This document shows, piece after piece, positions 59,701-64,000 of a stretch of 64,000 bases of DNA. A program made the position numbers and the translations under genes. Under the pieces are notes generated by a model that was given only the letters and a program-made list of their open reading frames with translations, was not told where the DNA came from and searched no databases. Where the stretch lies: contig NC_045713.1 of NCBI RefSeq assembly GCF_009834535.1, positions 14,322,001 through 14,386,000 on the forward strand. The letters are read 5' to 3'. Positions within the stretch are counted from its first letter, which is position 1, and each line of letters opens with the position of its first letter. The stretch is from Camelus ferus (lineage: Eukaryota).

Positions 59701-62700
59701 CAGATTGTGAAGCCTGGGCCATTCTAGAAGCAGGGGAGGGAGCCCGGTCAGATGTCATCCTAGACTGGCTTGGGGCAGATGGTGGAGTTCTGGAGCCTGG
59801 GCCTCCTGGTGGGGTTCTAGACCTGGCTCGGTCCAGGAGCGGTGGTGAGGTTCTGCCACTAATGCGCTCATAGGCAGAGAGAGGCACCCTGGGGCTGGTG
59901 AGGTTTGCACCAGACAAGGCTGGAGCCATTCTAGCACTACTGAGGTTTGCAGGGGCCAATGCTGGAGGCGTTCTGGAGCTGGCAATATTCACAGGTGCTG
60001 TGGCATGTGCAGATCTAGGACCCACCAGGTTTGCAGGGGCCGGAGCCTGGGGTGTTCTGGAGCTGGACGGATAATTTGCAGCTGTCGGGGGTGTGCCAGA
60101 GCCCGTGAGACTCAAAGCTGCCAAAGCAGCCGGGGTTCTGGCTCCTGCTAGGTTCACAGCTGGGGCTGTTGGGGTACGGGGGTCAGCGAGGTTGACAGCC
60201 GAAGGTGCCACTGCTGTTCTGGGGCTGGCCAAGTTCATGGCTGCTGCTGCAGCTGGTGTTCTTGAGTCAGCCAGGTTCACTGCTGCTGGGATGGCAGGTG
60301 TTCTGGCACTGGCCAGGTTCATGGCTGCTGCAGAGGCTGCAGGAATCCTGCTGGCAAGGCTGGCAGCTGGGGCTGTTCTGAGACTCATGAGAGGCACTGG
60401 AGCTGGAACCTGGGACATTCTTGCAGCAAGGCCAGCTGCAGACATGGACGGAGGAGGTCGAGCAGTGCCAAGACTGATGGCCGTCAGGGCAAGTGCAATT
60501 CTAGACTGAGCATGGTTTTCTGGCACAGATGTTCTTGGGTGATCAGGAATGCGAGGACCTGGACCATCCATCATGGAACCACCAGCTTGCTGGAGGACAG
60601 ACATGGGTGTTCTAGAGTTGCCGAGGGGTTCGAGCATTCCAGGTGATCTACAGCGGTCGAGAGGAGTTGGTGACATGCTAGGACGACTGAAGCAGCTCAT
60701 TCTGGAGCTATTGAGTGCTACCGGGGGCGTTCGAGAACCAGAATGATTTCTTGTTGCTGGAGGAGTAGCAGAACGTGAGCGATCAGAACTACTTCCAGAT
60801 GCAGAACGCCTGCGGATAGCTGGAGGAGATCTTGTTAAGGACCGTTTGCCCCGAGTTGTTCGCGGAGTACGGGATCTAGAATGGCGGCGAATAGCAAGCG
60901 GAGAGCGACTCCGTGAACGCTTGCGTGGCAACAGTGGGGTTCGAGACCTAGAGCGGCGCCGAATAGCTGGAGGTGTTCGGGACCTAGATCGGCGGCGTGT
61001 CACTGGAGAGGTTCGAGAGCGGGATCGCCTTCGAGTTACTGGAGATGTGCGAGATCTTGATCTCCTGCGGGTGACTGGGGACGTTCTAGATCTCGATCTT
61101 CTGCGAGTGATAGGAGAGGTTCTGCTTCGAGATCGCCTCCTGGTTACTGGTGGAGTCCTAGATCTGGACCTTCTCCGAGTCACTGGTGGAGTTCTAGAAC
61201 GGGAGCGCCGGCGAGTCGGTGTTCTGGACCTTGAACGACGGCGTGTTACTGGTGGTGTTCTGGACCTGGATCGCCTTCGACTCACTGGGGAAGCTCTTGA
61301 TCGAGATCTTCTTCTTGTCACTGAGGTCCTGGACCTTGATCGTCTCCTACTGACTGGTGAAGTCCGAGACCTGGACCTACGTCGGCTGACCAGAGGTGTT
61401 CTGGACCTTGATCGCCGGTGAGTGGCTGGAGAGGCCCGAGACCTGGAGCGTTTCCACGGGGCTGGTGATGTACGTGAGCGGGACCGCTTCCGACTGGTTG
61501 GGGGTGTCCGAGAGCGGCCTCTTCGACGTCGAGAGGAGGTTCGGGAACTCTCCTGCCGGGCAGGAGACCTTGAATGGTAACCAGAGCCTCCCCTACGGCG
61601 CCGAGTTACCCGAGACCTTGACCGGCTCCGCTGTCTTCTCCGAGAGGTTGACTGAGAAGATCCGGACCTATCTCGACGTCGGGTTGTTCTGGTTTTCTCC
61701 CTCCTTGAGCGGGAACGGGACCTCTGGAGCCCTCGAGGCTTTGGTGAAGGAGAACGGCCTCTCCTTGAAGTTGTCTTTGTGCGTGGAGATGAAGCTGAAC
61801 GGCGCCGGCGTGAGGATCTCGACTTTTCCGCTGGCTCTGGGGAAGAAACTGAAGGACTCCTTCGGCGTCTTGGGGGAGTTCTAGAGCGAGTCTCTGGTGA
61901 GGACGATGCAGAGCGGCTTCTACGGGAGAGTCTGGTCTTCCTAGTCAGCTCAGGAGATGATCGAGAGCTGCGACGGCGAGGTGGAGTGCGAGACTTGGTC
62001 TTGGGCTCTGGTGACAACCTAGAGCTTCTTCTAGCAGTTCTGGATTTGGGAAGGTGTTCTGGAGAGGACTCAGAACTGCTGCTTCCTTCAGGAGAAGGGC
62101 CTCTGCCTTTGCTTGATGAACCAGATCTGCTTCGTCTAGGAAGGACCCGAGGGGCAGGAACCTTGTGTTCAGGAGAGGAATCAGAACCACTCTGTGCCCT
62201 GGGTGCTGCTCTTGGCTTATCTTTAACTTCAGGGGATGAGCCAGACCTACTATGCTGAGGAGAAGGCCGGGATTTGCTGTCAACCTCTGGAGATGATACT
62301 GAGCGACTCCTCTGTCTAAGTGGCACTCGTGTCTTAGCTTTAGAATCCGGGGAAGAGTCTGATTCACTTCCCTCCTGAGGGGATGCACTGGGTTTCCCAT
62401 CAAGTTCTTGAGAAGATCCAGACAGACGTCTCTGCCCAAGAGGAGTCCTAACCACAGTCTTTTGTTCAACTGATGATTCTGAACCACTTCTTTCTCTCTG
62501 GGGGGTAAGACACTTGTTGTTGAGTTCTGGGGATGATGGAGAACGACTCCTTGGCCTAGGAGTCTGAGGCAAAGCCTTTGGTTCTGGAGAGGAATCACAT
62601 TCACTTCTTCCCCTGGATGGTGTTCTAGGTATATCTTTCATTCCAGGAGAGGACCCAGATAAGCTGTGCCTTGATGGAGTCCCAGACCCATCTCTAAGGC

Positions 62701-64000
62701 CTGGGGAAGACCCAGACCTGCTTCTCCTTGAGGGGGTTCTGGGTAAACCATCTTTCAGTTCAGGAGAAGATGCAGAAGTACTTCTTTCCCTTGAGGGTGT
62801 TCTGGGTATAGCATCAAGCACTGGCGACGAAACACTTTGATTTGAGGACATTCCTGCTTTTTCCACTGCATCTGGGGATAACTCAGAACTGCTGTGTCTG
62901 GAGGACCTTGTTGATTGTTCTTTCATGTCTAGAGATGGTTCTGTCTCTAGCTGATTAGGAAAAGGTCCATGCAAATCTTCTTTAACCTCAGGAGAAAATC
63001 CAGTATTCATTTCTGCAACAGGACCTGAGTTTTTAAATTCTAAAGGTGATCCAAAGCTATTCTCCCTGGGAGGGGAGTTAGACAGTTCTTTACGTTCTGG
63101 AGAAAAATGTGGCCCACTCCAAGTTGAGGCCACTGCAGGGACTTCTTCCAAAGCCACCTGCGACTGGCTTTGGTCAAGAGTCAAAGACACAGCAGGCCTT
63201 TCTTCTATTTCAGGAGATGATTCAAAGTTACTTCTAGCCATTTCTTTAAGTTCTGGAGACAAATGGGGCAGGACCTGATTTGATGATTCTTCAGATTTCT
63301 CTACCACCTCCATTAATTCCTCATCTTGGCTTGGCTTAGCTAAAGCACTACTTTGGTCTCTTGTATCTGGAGATGACCCAACACCACCACTTTCCCTTGA
63401 TTGTGTTCTAGGGGTGTCTTTGAGTACTGGTGAGGACTCAGGCCTATCCTGCACCAAAAGAGGACTCAATTTGTCTTTTGGTCTTGGAGATGATGCAGTA
63501 ACATCTTCCTGAAGGAGTAAGCCAGCATTCTCTTTAGATTCAGAAGGCTCCAATCTACTCTGCCCCAGAAGAGACTTAGAGTCCATTGCAGGATATGGGG
63601 AAGAGTCAGACTGAGACCTACTCTGCTCAGGAGACATTCCAGATTTCAGCCTAGGACTTGCTGACAATTCACTTCTATCTTGTCTTGTTGGAGATCTGGG
63701 TGCCAGCTCAGTGATTGGAGATGAGGACCTGGACTGGCCACCCTTAGGAGGTGTTTGAGATTTGCTCTGCAGAGATGGAGATTCAGAATGACTCTGTCTC
63801 ATTTCTGGACTTGAAATACCCAATCTAGAGTCCGGTGAAGTTGAAGATTGTCCTTTCTGTTGCAGAGATGAGGAACTGAAATAGCTCTCTCCAGGTGGTG
63901 TGCTAGACTTTACTCCTGGACAGAGGGAGAAGGATCCAGAGCAACTTTGTGCTGGTGAATCTTCAGACTTCTCTTGGGAACACAATGACTTTGACCCAGG
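56714..64000 (-). CDS. SRRM2: Serine/arginine repetitive matrix protein 2 (SRm300), 3' part; the gene continues beyond the window
   Basis: The giant exon is open from the window edge to 59283 (...PEVALKR). It is followed by exons 58539-58252 (VPSPAPAPKEAVREGRP..., partly N), 57153-57040 (SRSPRKPIDSLRDSRSLSYSP), 56922-56809 (SERGSRRGQRGDSRSP) and 56723-56714 (SP*). All are phase-consistent. Confidence 0.97.
57400..58010. mobile_element. L2 LINE remnant in an SRRM2 intron
   Basis: gaattccaggcaggaggaacagcatgtccaaaggc...gtgtggctggagca...gggctttatcctgcagg...gttttagaaagatccctctggct. Confidence 0.7.
58252..58426. other. N-run inside an SRRM2 coding exon
   Basis: Other N-runs lie at 32411-32559, 32577-33158, 33614-33806, 37525-37726, 37744-37914 and 58894-59089. 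Confidence 0.95.
60860..61500 (-). repeat. Coding tandem repeat RRRSRSRT(P/S)P(V/I)T of the SRRM2 RS domain
   Basis: More than a dozen degenerate units of about 36 nt are visible in the translation. Confidence 0.95.

Noticed and set aside
59795-59825. Extra GGPGSRTPP segment in SRRM2 relative to recalled human sequence
   Set aside because: A small duplication in a low-complexity disordered region; such indels are expected, and I cannot show it is lineage-specific.
59293-62604. Long + strand ORFs (for example 60846-61421 and 61945-62604) and the acidic run near 59350-59420
   Set aside because: These are antisense shadows of the repetitive SRRM2 coding exon.

Overview
Mammalian genomic DNA, most likely camelid (inferred from tRNA-derived SINEs of the Vic-1 type), syntenic with the human 16p13.3 tryptic-protease cluster read in reverse orientation. 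Gene order: ZG16B (-), PRSS21/testisin (-), decayed serine-protease remnants including a Prss32-like exon (-), PRSS41/TESSP1 (+), PRSS33 (+), ELOB (+), and the 3' part of SRRM2 (-). All gene models were rebuilt exon by exon from GT-AG sites and reading frame. The most striking structure is that PRSS21 and PRSS41 sit head-to-head as a large inverted repeat with patchwork identity. About 1.7 kb covering promoter to intron 3 is about 99% identical, as is about 0.56 kb around and past the poly(A) signal. Exons 4-5 and the C-terminal tail remain clearly diverged. This is the signature of recent, region-restricted gene conversion. No prokaryotic features, CRISPR arrays or true tRNA/rRNA genes were found. 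Gene names come from recalled mammalian protein sequences, repeat family names from motif recognition, and all identity counts were made by eye.
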